The position numbers and the translations under genes were made by a program. Shown in pieces: positions 25,101 to 38,304 of a DNA stretch of 64,000 nucleotides; the stretch's first letter is position 1; the number at the start of each line of letters is the position of its first letter. This stretch comes from Takakia lepidozioides (lineage: Eukaryota > Plantae > Bryophyta): NCBI GenBank assembly GCA_030704615.1, contig CM060732.1, positions 56,110,001 to 56,174,000 of the forward strand. The letters run 5' to 3'. A model generated the notes under the pieces. It had not been told where the DNA came from. It did not search any database and saw only the letters and a list, made by a program, of their open reading frames with translations.

Positions 25101-28100
25101 TTGATCTTTGCAACGGAAATTTGCGAAAACTAAAACCAACAGGGTGAAGTCGGTCATCCGTATCGTATTGAGAGAGTATAGCGACAAATAAAGTCCGATG
25201 CATTTGCTTCCAAAAAGAATGGTTTAGATGGGTCTGCATATACCAATATTGGAGCCGTTGTAAATGACTGTTTCAGCCTTTCAAATGTCTGGTCAGCCTT
25301 CTCGTCCCATACAAATTTGTCATTCCTTGTGAGTCGTGTCAATGGTGCAACAATTTTGGAGTAGTCCTTGATGAAGATTCTATAGAAATTTGAAATCTCA
25401 TAAAACATTATACATCTGGGACCGAAGTTGGTTTAATCCACTCGATGATGGTTTGTATTTTCTTCTGATCCATAAAGACGCATTTGTCGATAATAATGAA
25501 GCCCATAAATTCGACCTCAGATTGTTGAAAAAAATATTTTTCCAACTTGGCATATAGTCCTCTTTCTCTTAATTTATCAAGGACAAAACGTACATGGCGG
25601 CCATGTTTTTCTTCATTATGTGAAAATATCAAAATGTCGTCCAAATAGATGACTACAAAGTCATCTAAAAATTCTCGAAAAATATCATTCATCATGTGTT
25701 GGAAAATTGTTGGAGCATTTGTAAGACCGAAAGGCATAACACTGTATTCAAAATGTCCATACCTTGTTCAAAAAATTGTTTTCCATTCATTTACTTCTTT
25801 TATCCGTACAAGGTTATAAACTCATCTCAAGTCAATTTTGGTGAAAATCTTCGTTTATCCTAGCTGGTCGAGAAGCCCAGAAATTAGCGGCAACAGATAA
25901 CGATTCTTAATTGTGACTTTGTTGAGACCGTGATAGTTTACACACATGCGTAATGATCCGTCCTTCTTTTTCACAACAAGATAGGCGCCCCTGCAGGTGA
26001 TTTTGAATATTGGATGAAGTGCTTCGACAAATTTTCATCAATGTATTCACGTAATGCAGCCAACTCCGTCTGGGATAAGTTATAGATTGGGCCAAATGGT
26101 GGTTGGGCTCCTTCTCGATTGCATAGTCATAAGGTCGATGTTTTGGCAATATGTTTGCATTTTTCTTCTCGAAGACATCCTTGAAATCTTGATATTGAGT
26201 GGGTAATGTTGAAGTATCTTTGCCTGTTGTGGTCTTGATCGGAGTCGCATAAGGGCAGTTGCAGGATTGGGTGGATCAAAAGCGGCACATGTTGAGTCCA
26301 CTGGAAGTCCATGGAATTTTTATTTTTTTTGTTGAGTCTATTGCTTTCAGTTTATTTTTTAAAGATAGATAGTAGTATACATAACATTTTTAGTAAAGAG
26401 TCCCTTCTCAAATATTGAAAACATTCTTTACTAGATATTTTAATCTTTAATTTGAAAAAACATTTAGACGTCAAAATCTAGAGTTTACAACCACTTGTCC
26501 ATATACCATCTGGCACCTCTAGATTATAGATTTGTATGTCTTTTTAGTAGAAGACGACACCTCAAAAACCCAAAATATAAGATGTTATAGACTAGAGCAA
26601 ATCAACCTGTTTTTATGTGCAAAATAGTCCATAGCTCTCAATTCCTAAGATAACTAGTCCATATAAAAGTGAATTTGGGTTGGATTTAAAAATGGCACCC
26701 CTAGTGTGTTTTCTTTTGTGCCAGTGTATGAGTATACATGATATTTTTTCAGTCCATAAGATTTTATGTGTAACATCTGCACTCCACAGTAATCAACTTT
26801 AAAAGTCCATGGCTCTCTGGTACATGATTGTTTTTGCAATCTAACAATTGGTACACATACCTATTGTAGTTAGAAACCTTATACCATATAAATTTAGATG
26901 AAATATTGAATTATTGGACAAATATAGGTAAAACCATGGAGGGAGGTCAGTGCAGAAATTGCCATGTTACACAAAAACTGAGACACCCAATCCTGCAAAT
27001 ACCCATAAAGTGCAAATGTCGCATCTCTTTTTGTAGCTTTTATGAAAGCTCTACCTCCAAGGAACATGGGTTGAATACCTTTGATATTTCTACATTTTTG
27101 CCTTGCAGAAATTTTTCACGATCGCCAGTCGATGTCAGGATTGTGAAGTACGAACCAGGGAAGTCCAAGGATCACATGATTCGTTGGAGACTGGATGACG
27201 TTGAAAACAATATGTGATGCTTGATCTTTAAGCTTCACTTCAAGTGGTCGAGTTTCATGGTCAACATCTCTTGATGCTAACGGTCGTCCATCGATGACTT
27301 CAACGGGGGCCGAAAGTTTCTTGTTTACGAATGTTAAATTGTGTTGCTTCGCAAAGTTTTTGTCAATAAAACATGTTGAAGCCCCTGAGTCCAAAAGTGC
27401 TTCTACAGAGATATCTTGATTTTGCACTCTGATTTTTACCGGGACTGTGAAGCAAGGTGCAGGGTCTGGAGGTAGAAAGAGACATTTTTTCGATGAGGAA
27501 TTTGTTGTGTCCAGCCTCATGGTCCTATGACTGGACATCTTCGTTTTTTTACCTCCTCGTATCGAACACTTGAATTGCGCCCCGAGCTTTGAATCTTCTC
27601 TTGTTGAGGCAGTTAAATGTTATGTGATCTTCTTCTCCGCAATAGAGGCATAATCCATTCGAGCGTCATCTTTGTTTTTCTTGTGACATCAATGGCTTGA
27701 ATCGGACAGCATCAATCTGCACAGGATCACTATCGGATATCTGATGGATCGTTGTGTTTGATGCCGTAGTAGCAACGGCATGATGCGTCGTCGACCATCC
27801 AGATTGATTCTCTTGATGTCTTTTGAACAACCGATTATCGTATGCAACGACTTGGGTGATGAATTCACTCAGTGTGCTCACATTTGGCATTGTCAGCAAC
27901 AAATCTTTTACATCATCTTTTAGCCCACATCGAAACTGACTAATGAGGCTCTTCTGATTCCAGTCGAGGTCGCACGCAAGTTGTCGAAATTGAGCAACAT
28001 AAACGAAAGTAGGACGTACTCCTTGTCGAAGATTTCGCATCTTTGTCTCTACAACTCTATCTCTATTATTCTCTTCAAACTTTGCGGTGAACTCGGACAT

Positions 28101-29237
28101 GAACGCTTCAAAATTGTATAGTAAATGCAAATTCTTTTCTAATAGCGGAGCAAACCAAGATAGGGCAATGCCTGATAGAATGGTGCCCACGAATCCCACT
28201 TGAATACCTTCATCGGGGTAACGTTGTGGATGTAGTCGTACGAACAGTTGTACTTGGTGAACAAAACCGCGAAATCTTGATCTCGTCCCATAAAATTTCT
28301 CGGGCATGCTGATCTTTGGTTCTCTCGTAATCTATTGAAGAGGAACCGTTGCGGTAGGAGCTGTTGCAGTAGGGACTCGTATGGTTGAAGATCCATTGTT
28401 CGACTTCTTTAACTCTGAAATTTGTTGTTGCAAATTGTGGTGTTGGAGAGTCTGAACTCTCCGTTGGCTCTGCCACATCATCTCCTCCTTCTTCATCTTC
28501 CAAGAGCGTTGTCAAGATCTTAAGACTGATCAGCTTGTAATTGGGTGGTAGAGGTACGAAATCTTGCATCTGGAGCTGAAGACTCTGCATGTGGCGACCA
28601 TTTCCACAAATATACCTTCCATTTTAACTAACTAAGGAACAAACTTTAGTCTCGCCAAACTGTCAAGGACGAGAACATGACTCAACACAAACAAAATGTC
28701 GGACTAGAGATACAAGACTACACAAGAAGTCAAGGTCGGGCGTGGCCGAATGCATGGTGGGTAAACATGAATCAAAATGATCTTTATAACAATGGACAAG
28801 AGTACAAGGTACTGGAATTCGACTCGAATACTGGAATGCTGGAAACTGGACTAGAACACTGGAAGCTGGACTGGAGTATTGGGACTGTGAACAAGAATAG
28901 CTTGAACTTGTGTTGGCGAGACTGAAGAGTGTCCAGTCTCGTCTCCTATATATACTGGCTACTAGGAAGTTCCCTAAGAAGCTTCCCCAATGGAGATTTC
29001 TTGATGGAGGAGTTTCCAAGGTTAAACAAAGGTTTCTTGATGGAGAAGGTTCTTCCAAAGGAAGCTTCCTCAGGAGTTTCCTTAGTTACTCTCGATAATT
29101 TGATAACCTCTCGATAACTTGGTAACTTGGTAACTAATGATAACTCATGGTAGATCATGGTAACTTCCAGTAACATGATAACTTGATAACTTCTGGTATT
29201 TACTCATGGTAAGTTCCTCTGGGCTATGTCCGTGACA
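22139..29237 (-). mobile_element. Full-length but decayed Ty3/Gypsy chromovirus (Tcn1/Tf1-sushi-like)
   Basis: LTRs 28661-29237 (5') and 22139-22686 (3'), 5-bp TSD ATTTG, PPT GAGGGGG at ~22690. Domains: gag (27666-28307), protease ALLDSGAS (27116-27538), RT MPFGLTNAP/YLDD (25408-25737), RNase H, integrase SMDFITDLP/HPQTDGQTER (24014-24505), chromodomain (23283-23558). Confidence 0.95.
26299..27115. mobile_element. AT-rich insertion inside the chromovirus pol, between protease and RT; probable DNA-transposon fragment
   Basis: Abrupt non-coding AT-rich block starting CACTGGAAGTCCATGG that interrupts pol. Second terminus and TSD not found. Confidence 0.45.
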
Positions 29238-30703
29238 ATTTGTGAGTCTTTGATTGTATTGCTTTTGCTCATGTTCCAAAAGAGATAAGGAAGAAATTGC
29301 ATGCAAAAGCAATCAAGTGTATCTTTATTGCTTATTGTGAAGAGACCAAATGGTATAAGTTGTATAACCCTGAGAGCAAGTATATAATCATCAGTCGTGG
29401 TGTTATATTCAATGAATCCAAAAACTTTCATCATTAAACAGTAGTTTGAAGTTTGGACCATGAAAAAAAGAACTTGGCTCTAACTCATGAAGATAAAATG
29501 GAAGAGGAGATTGTTGATGAGATTGTTGAGGATCAGATGGAAGAGGTACAATCTACTATGATTGAGAAACCCTCAAAGGTATCTTCTATCTATTTCATTG
29601 ACAGTGATGAACCCTAAAGTGTTTCAAATGCACTTAGGAGTAAGGAATGGAGATCTTAAATAAGAAATATAAATGGACCAGCCAAAGGGATTTGATGTAA
29701 AAGGAAAATAGATGATGGTGTGTAAACTCCTCAAGTCCTTGTATGGTTTGAAGCAATCCCCTAGGGCGTGGAATGACAAGATTGATGCATATTTCATGGC
29801 TGAAGAGTTTGAGAGGAGCTCTGCTGATTATAGTGTTTACTATAAGAGGGCTCATGGAAACTCTTCTGTGATCATAACATTGTATGTTGATGATCTGATT
29901 TTGGTCTTGACTCTGTTGAAACACATGCAGAGTGTCAATATTTCAAATGAGTTTGAGATAGTGGTTGTGTGGTCATAACAGTGTAAGTTAATGATTTTGG
30001 TCTTTAATGACTTGGCTTTGTTGAAAAAAACAGTGTGATATCTCAAAGAAGTTTGAGATGATGGATCTGAAAGAAATAATGTGATCATCTGTTGATTAGG
30101 CTTTGTTGAAAAATACAAAATGATATCTCAATGAAGTTTGAGATGGTGGATCTGAAAGAGATCCAGTACTGCTTGGGGGTATCAGTATCTCGTGTTCGAC
30201 AAGACCAAGCGATTTACCTGAACCAGCGTAAGTATCTTGAAGATATCTTAAGGCGCTTTGGTACGACTGAAAGTATGCCGGTAAATACCTCGTTTGTCCC
30301 AAATTGCAAACTCTGAAAGGAGACGAGTCATAAGAGTGCTGCAGACTTGGAGACAATGAAAGATGTTCCTTACCAGAATGATGTGGGAAGTCTCATGTAT
30401 GTAATGGTCTGTACTAGGCCAGGTATTGCACAAGCAGTGGGGGTCATAAGCCAATTTGTGGCTAACCCTGGGCAACTCCATTGGGTTGCTTCTAAATTCA
30501 ATTAAAGACATATTAATGATTTAGTGGTTATTTTAATCTGTATCCGGGTTGATCCTTGCAATCCGTCCACGCGTCATCCGATCAATTCTTTAAATTAGCA
30601 TGGATTTGTCGAGGCTATGCTAAAAATTGAAGAATAATGACGGGCCATTGGGGTTGGAGATGCCCTGACCCTTAACATGTGCACCCACCCAACTTTATAT
30701 TTA

Positions 30704-31366
30704 CTAGGGTAGCCTATTGGCCCAAGTCTCCAATGTCATCTAAGTCCAAGTGCAATCCCTATGTATCCAAAGACCCTGCAGTTTGGGAGATCTAGGGTAG
30801 TCTGTGCCATTGGCCCATACGTGAAGAATTGAAATCTAAGCCTAAGTGTAATCTCCTATGTATCCAAGTGCGTCTCTCATGTAGAGGCCCAAGTGCGACC
30901 TCCAGTGTCTAATGTCATCTAAGTCCAAGTGTAATCCCCTATGCATCTAGAAACCCTACAGTTTGGGAGATCTCCACGTTATTATTTCAACAGAGCCCAC
31001 TTTGCTATTTTTGGAATCTCCCCTATCGAGGCTTAATATATTGATATATCCACTTTGCTAAAGTTTTGCAAATTTCCTCCGACCAAAAGTACAAATCTCC
31101 CACGCGAAGGGCCAATCACTGCTCTAGGAAAGCCCACTTTGCTATTTTTCACGAATTTCCAGCGACCAAAAGTACTCAAAATTCCATATCTTCCACACCG
31201 CGGGTCCAAAAATTGTGAGACCAAGCCAGTGCAGCCCTCATCATCATCGAGGGCTTTCCAACGGCACGAAGCACCAAGGCTGGGTCCCGCGGTTTGGGAG
31301 ATCTCAACGACGCTACAAAACAAAACAAAACAAATAGCTCGTTTCATATATTACTAGGGTAGCATG
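30704..31366 (-). mobile_element. Helitron-like element (reverse) plus a truncated second 3' end
   Basis: A|CTAGGGTAGCC at 30704, 5' end TTTCATATATTA at ~31353, directly followed by another CTAGGGTAGCATG that is cut by an LTR. Confidence 0.72.
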
Positions 31367-32295
31367 TGTTGGAATTCAACAGAAATATAGATAAAAGATA
31401 AATTGATTACTGAGAACTCTCCACCCACAGGAGCAGAACAAGTTGTGTGTCCACCCTCCGAGCTCTCCCTATTTATACTCAAAGTCTACTCCAGAAATAG
31501 CTAAGATAACTGTAGCATAACTCAATGCTTTTATCTCCACTTGCTATTTTGGTACACTGACTTGAGTCACTAATAACTAAAGCTAACTTTAGCTAACTGA
31601 GGCTAATCTTTTGTTAACTGTAACTTGTCAGCACTACTATTATTGTAGTCTAACTTGTCATCACAATAACTCTGAGTAACTGTAACTTGGTAAAGAGTTG
31701 ATTTCCAACACCCCCACTCAACGAATTACCAAGTGAAATACTTAACTTACTCCCATCAAGCCTCAAAAGAGTTCATGCTTTTCAGCACTAAGTTTTTTTT
31801 GTTGAATATATCTGCAACCATGTTGTTGGTGTTGCAATATATCAGTTTGACAACTCCTGCTTCAGTCTTCTCTCGTACCAAATGATGATGAATCTCTAAA
31901 TGCTTTATGCGAGCATGAAAAGTCAAATTCTTCGAGAGAGCAATACACCTTTGGTTGTCATCATATATGATCATGGTATCCCTCTGTGGACGACCACCAC
32001 TAGAGAAAAATGATGATAACCACAATGCGTGCCTTTAAGATGCAACCACATAATCTTCCTCAGTTGAAGACATAACAATCGTAGATTGCTTCTTGCTGCT
32101 CCAGTTAACAACTCCATTTGCTTGCATAAAAACATAGCCAGATATAGAATGGCGGTCATCAACATTACCAGCCCAATCTGCATCACAATAGCCGTATAGC
32201 TCTGTGCTTTTGCAAGCACTATCTGAGATACCATATGAATCCACTTGGTTGGACAACCCTTTGATTTCGCAAAGAAAGTAAATATTTTGTTGCAA
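31367..32295 (-). mobile_element. Ty1/Copia 3' fragment: RNase H, PPT and 3' LTR
   Basis: YCDADWAG..SISGYVF..WSSKKQ and DNQ..IALSKN..FHARIKHLEI..ADIF. PPT TTGAGTGGGGG abuts the LTR TGTTGGAA...TTCCAACA (31367-31710). Confidence 0.88.
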
Positions 32296-34760
32296 AATTC
32301 AAACTTTGCATTACATAATAATGTTGCAGATTTTAGTATGTAAAAGGAATTATCGTCAAACATGCCAGCATCTGCAATGAGGTCCTCATATTCATCAATC
32401 ATATTGCCTGCCGACAAAAAGAAATCCTTGATCCTTTGGACTATGAAAAAATAAATAAACTATGGAACTGGCTGGCATTGAAGAATAATAATTTTTCAAT
32501 ATCAGGACCCGGCTTGTATTAAAAAAAGTAACACTGCCCAACATTGGTCCTGACATATTAGCAATGTCTTCCAAGACGTGGTTAACACGAAAGACTAGGT
32601 ACGAAGAATTGACTAAGAGGGACCTAAGTAATCGTAATGAAGCCCTGAGGCTTTTGTGTAAAGTCTTGAGGTGCCTCCAATTACTCTCACGTTCGAATTC
32701 GGGGGAGGCTCTGGATGGTGGTGCGGAGGTCTTGCCTGGAGGCGGGGGAAAGTTCGGTCCAGACACAAAGGTCTTGCGCAGTACTATAGCATTTGATCCC
32801 TTACAGCCCCAAGTGTCTCAGAACGCCATGTGGATGGTAATTGGGTGAAAGCATGTTAATGTGTACCACTGACACTCCTGAAAAGGACTAAATTTTGACT
32901 GCTGGCGCGATACACTGCGGCGCGTGGACATGACATGTTTGCGATGAAAACGTGATGAAATTTACAGATGATAGTGGGCACCTCGACCCCATCCATCAGA
33001 TGTTCGTACACCCTCTTGTACACTTCCAATTTTGCTCGTACACCGCTAATTTTGAGTTTACGATACTAACAAAACTTCCGTTTGCCACCATTTGTTGTCC
33101 CCTCATCGCATCCAAGCCGGGTTTGGTGTGTTTGATGCCTACTTCAGTGCTGCAGATGCTCATATAATTTTTAGGAGTTTATTTGATATATTTTTAATTC
33201 TAAAATAATTTGCAATGAATGATACACTATACTTCATTTTGGCCTCAAATTCAAAATTGGAGGACCTTGTAGCCATTTCAAGGACATGTGGCCTTCTTCC
33301 TTTTCAGTAGCTAAACACTTTTGGTGAAAGAACTATGTTCAAATTTTGAGGTTTAGTAGTACCAAAGTTTGGTGCCCTAAGTAATGCGTACCGCGTAGTA
33401 AGAAATACCTATGATAATGGGTTTTTTTGGTTTTGCAAGTCTACTGTCATTTTTGCATTCTTCCATACCTTACATAAGCACATGAAAATCCCTGATAGGA
33501 CCTTCACATGTTATGAGTGTGAAAATGAGTCCTAAAGGACTACAACATTTTGGGACATTTGAACCTTGTGCTATTCAATACTCCTTTAGGACCCCTTAAA
33601 CTTGTCAAATCACAAAACAATTTATATGGGCATGAAAAGAACTTTAAGGGCTTTCCAATGATATAATGTGTCTGTGGTTTCATACTGAACTCGATATCCT
33701 AAATTTGGATAGATTGCGCCATATGTGTTGAAAAACAGTTTGTGACATCTTTTTTGGGTCCTATTAGTGTGCTTTGACCCAACTGCGTTAATCTGCGGAT
33801 TTCGCTCGATATTCGGGGGAGGTTGTGGATGGTGGTGCGAAGGTCTTGCCAGGAGGTGGGGGGAAGCTCGGTCCAGACACAAAGGTCTTGCGCAGTACTG
33901 TAGCATATGATTCCCTGACAGCCCCAAGTGTCTCGGAAGGCAGTGTAGATGGCAACTGCACTCTGCGGATTTTGCTCGATGTTTGCGCACATTTTGGACC
34001 AAGCCTTTCTAGATTTAGTACCAAATCTTGAAAGATGAGAGATAGTAGAGAAGAGATCGATGAAGTATCACCCGTGAATGTCATTGCACACCACGCCTTT
34101 CGAAGGTGCCAAAAAGTGGAACTCCTGAGGGTCTCCAAGATAGGGCGGTTGAGAGATCTCTGTTTTGTGACATGATCGTGGATGAAGGTCAACCGCAGAC
34201 AAGTTCCCAGGATTCCAATGTGTATAGAAGACTTTGATGAAGGGCCAGATCTTTGCTGGGGCGTGACATAAGATAAGACAATGTCGATGGATTCTATGAT
34301 CCCAGAGGAGCAACATGCCTAGAGGAGGGCAGTTTGAAATTGTAACGACTCGCCTACTTTTAGAACTTTGTTTGCTATCTGCAAAAAGAATGCAGTAATC
34401 TTTGTTGGGCTGTTTTGATCAAGATCGAGCCCCATATAGCAGGTCACCTTTCCAATTCATGACTTTCCCACAACTTTCCTTTCGAAATTCATGATTTTCC
34501 CATCTCAGGTCCCATTTGGCTTGCATAGGATTTGCATTCAAGGGCCTTCAAAAGGACACCTTGATGAAACTTCACAACCAAGTTGTAGCCCAATGGTAAT
34601 GGGCACATACCACCTCGGAAGTGGTTGTGGGTTATTATTATGTGATGAATCACAAGGAAAAAAAATAAAGAGAATATTAGAGCACATTTGAAGTAGGCAA
34701 TTCAGACTTATAGTGCGTAAAGGCCTTGGGGCGCTCAAGGGTTTGATTTTTTCCATTCAA
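32296..34760 (-). mobile_element. Unclassified decayed repeat with broken ORF pieces and a duplicated ~150-bp segment
   Basis: 32695-32845 is repeated at 33810-33960 around an AT-rich spacer. Minus-strand ORF pieces are fragmented and contain no diagnostic motif I recognise. Confidence 0.3.
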
Positions 34761-35889
34761 TAACATTCAAAAAAGTTCCAAGGGCTTCCTCCCCTTTCCT
34801 CCGAAAAACAAGTTTAAAAGAAAACCAAATAAAATCCGGGCGGCTTCAAACTGATGATGTGCCCTTCGAAACGTGAAAACGATGACGTGGTCGACATAAC
34901 TTTTTTTCTAATTTGTCAGGAATCATATTTACAAACATTTTGAATTTATTCGTACAGTCGGGGCAGCTTTAAGAGAAATGTCAGTGCTGCCGTGACAACA
35001 ACGACCTGGCATGACAATGACGTGACACTATGGCACTCTATTCCTGCTCTACACTAAAACTAGTCTTCGACCATCAGTGGGCCGTAGATCTAAATTAAAC
35101 AAGGGGATGGGTAAACGAGGAATAAGGTGGAGTATGAAAATGTCTGGGAACGATGGTACAGCTGCAAAGACTTTCAGAGGGAAGAAACAAGAAAACAAGA
35201 AAACCCGACCCTCACTGCACAATCGATAAGCTACGGCGACATATTTCGCTCAAAACTCTAACCATAACCAGCTCATTACAAACACATTACTTTCAGTACA
35301 AGTACGACTTACATTACTTGATCACATTCTTACTCGAAGTACTCACATTCCATCGGAAAATCGGAAAATCGGAGACCACAAAGCTGCTTATGTCAAATGA
35401 AAATAACGCACCAGATGAGTAGGAAAGTGAGACGGGCTCTGCCGAAAATGAAGTTCCATAAAATAAAGCCGATATGAAAGGTCGATAAGATATTATCTTA
35501 TCACACCAGTACAATTATTGGTGCCATTATCCATGATAAGCACTTATTAGTGAACGTTCAGTTCCCTGAGAGGGCTGCGTCTTATTGTTTCGTGATCTTA
35601 GAGATTGCATCCCACGGGATACTGGAGATGATGCACCCATATTTCTGCCTATTCCCTGCCTACTATACAACAGCTTCTCTGTGAGAGTTCTCTAGAGCTG
35701 CTGGGCACTACTGTACACAACCCAGTGGCCTTACAACACCATTTTCAACCAAATTCCAGTGGTGCATCTAGCTCTCTTCACCACCTACACTCGCCCTGAA
35801 ATCAACTTGTACCTGAATTCCAACAATCTTAAAATGGCTCGAGGCAACCTTTCCACCACGATGCAAAGGGCCTAGATGATTAGTTGAGC

Positions 35890-38304
35890 TTAGTATGTCC
35901 ACTCAGTTGGGAGGCTGAGCTCAGGAACAGCAGGTTGACGCAACATGGACGGATGGAACTTCCGGTGGGAATTGGACCAACCTTCAGCAGGAGTGGTCAT
36001 GTATGGAGTTGGTGTTGAACAATTGGAAACCTGAAAATCTGCAGACGGGGGAACATACAATTAGTACTGGCATGAAATAATGATACACATCATGACCCTG
36101 AACACAATCAACATCAGCCCTTTAAAGCACAGAATATCGAGGAGAGAAAACATAATTAGTCATGCAACCAGCATAGAGTACACTACATTCAAAACAGATT
36201 GTATAACTACCAATCTTAAACGGTAACGAATGCAGAAACAAACAATGAGACGTCACTCACCAGAACGAATGGTGTTCGAATGCACTTGAGCACATGGCCC
36301 AGATGGGTGAGAGCGCATGTCTTCCACGTTCAAGTTCAGCACTTGGATTATCCTTGAGGGCAGCAGCACGGTTGAACACACTGTGGTCATCCAGTGGAGC
36401 ATACACGTCAAACTCGGCCAAATTGTTGTGATGGGAAATAGGAAAAACATAGTATTGTCCGTATATTTGAACACTGACAGAAAAGTTTAGCATACTACAA
36501 CACATCTAGAGGGCAACAACTTACGGATATCCGTGAGAACTAACCAGGTTTCCTTCTGTAGTCAGAGCCACCACCAACACAGCGAGGGAGGAAAACGCCA
36601 GTCCCGCAAGACTCACGGCCGGATCCCCCAGATCCAAGAAAAACTGCACGCATGCCTGATCCTCCGTTGACGGCCGGAACAAGGGGCCACTGAGGGGAAT
36701 TGCAGTCCGGAATCCTTCCTTGGCGATGGTGGACATTGCCAACCTTCCGTCCACCACAACGATTGACTTGCTGTTGCTGAGGTGCTTGAGAACGATTTTC
36801 ACGAGTCCATCCTGAAGATGTAGATGCAGATTTCGCTGGTGGATACTGTCGTCATCAAATAAGCAATTTCAAGTTAGTTGGCAAGCTAAGGAATTATAAG
36901 CTTCAACGAGACAGATCACAAATACTACCTTGCAGGTTCTCAACGAATGTGGAAAACATGCACGTGAAGACACATCCTTGAACATATTGCTGCCCAACAT
37001 AGAGTAAACTTGACTCCCCAACCCCACCAAGGATACCAGTCACGACAGCACGCAAGATCGACGGACTTGAAACGAAAATAAGACTACTAGTGTAGCCGAA
37101 TAATACCTGTCTAGGCGCAAAATTTCGCTCCTCATCTCTCATCCGAGCATTCCAGCTCCGCTGTTGGTGTGGCGCCATCGGTACAGCCCTATCTCTGGGG
37201 CTTATGCCGGATGGCACAGTAGTTGGAATAGCTTGACTTCCAGGAAAGGAACGAAGTGGGCCTCTCCCACCAACGCATCCGACCCCTGGCATCGGGGTTT
37301 GCGAGGACTGTTGCCTCCACTGCGACTGTGCATGTTGTGGAACTTGCTGGGTAGTACGTGGAGGGAATGACATGTATCTTCGCTCCTCATTCATCTTCAG
37401 CCTGACCACCTCACCAGCAGCGGCGTACAGTAGGCCCCAGGCATCGTTCTGCGTAGCAGAGGGCGTTGATGGTGGAGAGGAAACTTGAGATGATACCCGA
37501 GAAGATCCTTTGGAACTTGAAGTGCTGGCTGACAACCAGCCTCCAGCCGACCAACTGGTTGAAAGCTTTGACTGTTGACAGAAAACCAAATACATCAGGA
37601 AAAATATTGGCAGATATCTACAGGTTCCAACACAAGCAATGACAAATCATAGGGCTTGCAAATACAATGTGTAACCAAAGCTTAGAAAAGAGAGGCTTAA
37701 AGCACAAGGCTCCTAAGAAGAGACACGTCCTGAACCCATGCGATGGTGGAATACATCAAGAATGCGATTTTGAACTGACAGAACACAAATCTCTGAAAGA
37801 AGTTCAGAAGCTTCCAGGTGTGACAAGACTGCAGTGAAAAGACTAATACACATAGCCCGAAGCATGAGGCAAGCACTAAGTCTGCAGGAGAAAACCTCAG
37901 CAACAAAATACCTTGCTCCTATTAACGTCCGCAGCATTTTGAGCCTCATCTAATTCTCCATTCCTCTCAGATGCATTTTCGTCGTCCTCTAGCATCGATT
38001 GAGCAATCTGCTCTGCCAGCCCGGCCAAGAGCTCATCGTCCTCATCGCTCTCAGTTGAAGTTGAGCAAGCAGAAGAATCCACAGGTGACGCTGAAGCTTC
38101 CGACCACAGTCGAGGAGCAGATACTTCGTGCAGATAGTCGCGTGGAGAGTGCGGGTTTCTATTTACGTAGTGAACAGCTCTTGGAGGGGAAACAGCGCCG
38201 ACATTTCCATGTAGGCTTGGAGCCAACGATGTTTCCAGCGAGGGTCCATCCTCACCAATGTTAGAACGAATGAGTCCGTGCACTCTGGCTACTTCAAACG
38301 CCAT
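35890..38304 (-). CDS. Uncharacterised plant protein with GTGVFLP and LPxEWTY motifs (At2g39870/At3g54000-like), ~475 aa
   Basis: Exons 38304-37912, 37571-37107, 36845-36545, 36380-36261, 36038-35890; 1428 nt in frame. Motifs: DDELLAGLAEQIAQSML, DAWGLLYAAAGEVVRLK, GMRAVFLG, ESCGTGVFLPR, CSTVLLPSRIIQVLNLN, C-terminal LPTEWTY*. Confidence 0.88.

Larger units (their letters stand above)
20810..30490 (+). mobile_element. Decayed Ty1/Copia retrotransposon hosting nested insertions
   Basis: GAG-pre-integrase SDLWHQRLGH (~20830), integrase LRCDGGGEY..NGVIERKNRT (21835-21975), a post-integrase stretch split at 22138/29243, and RT KLLKSLYGLKQSPRAWN..LYVDDL and YVMVCTRP..HW (29712-30490). Many stops and frameshifts. 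Confidence 0.88.
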
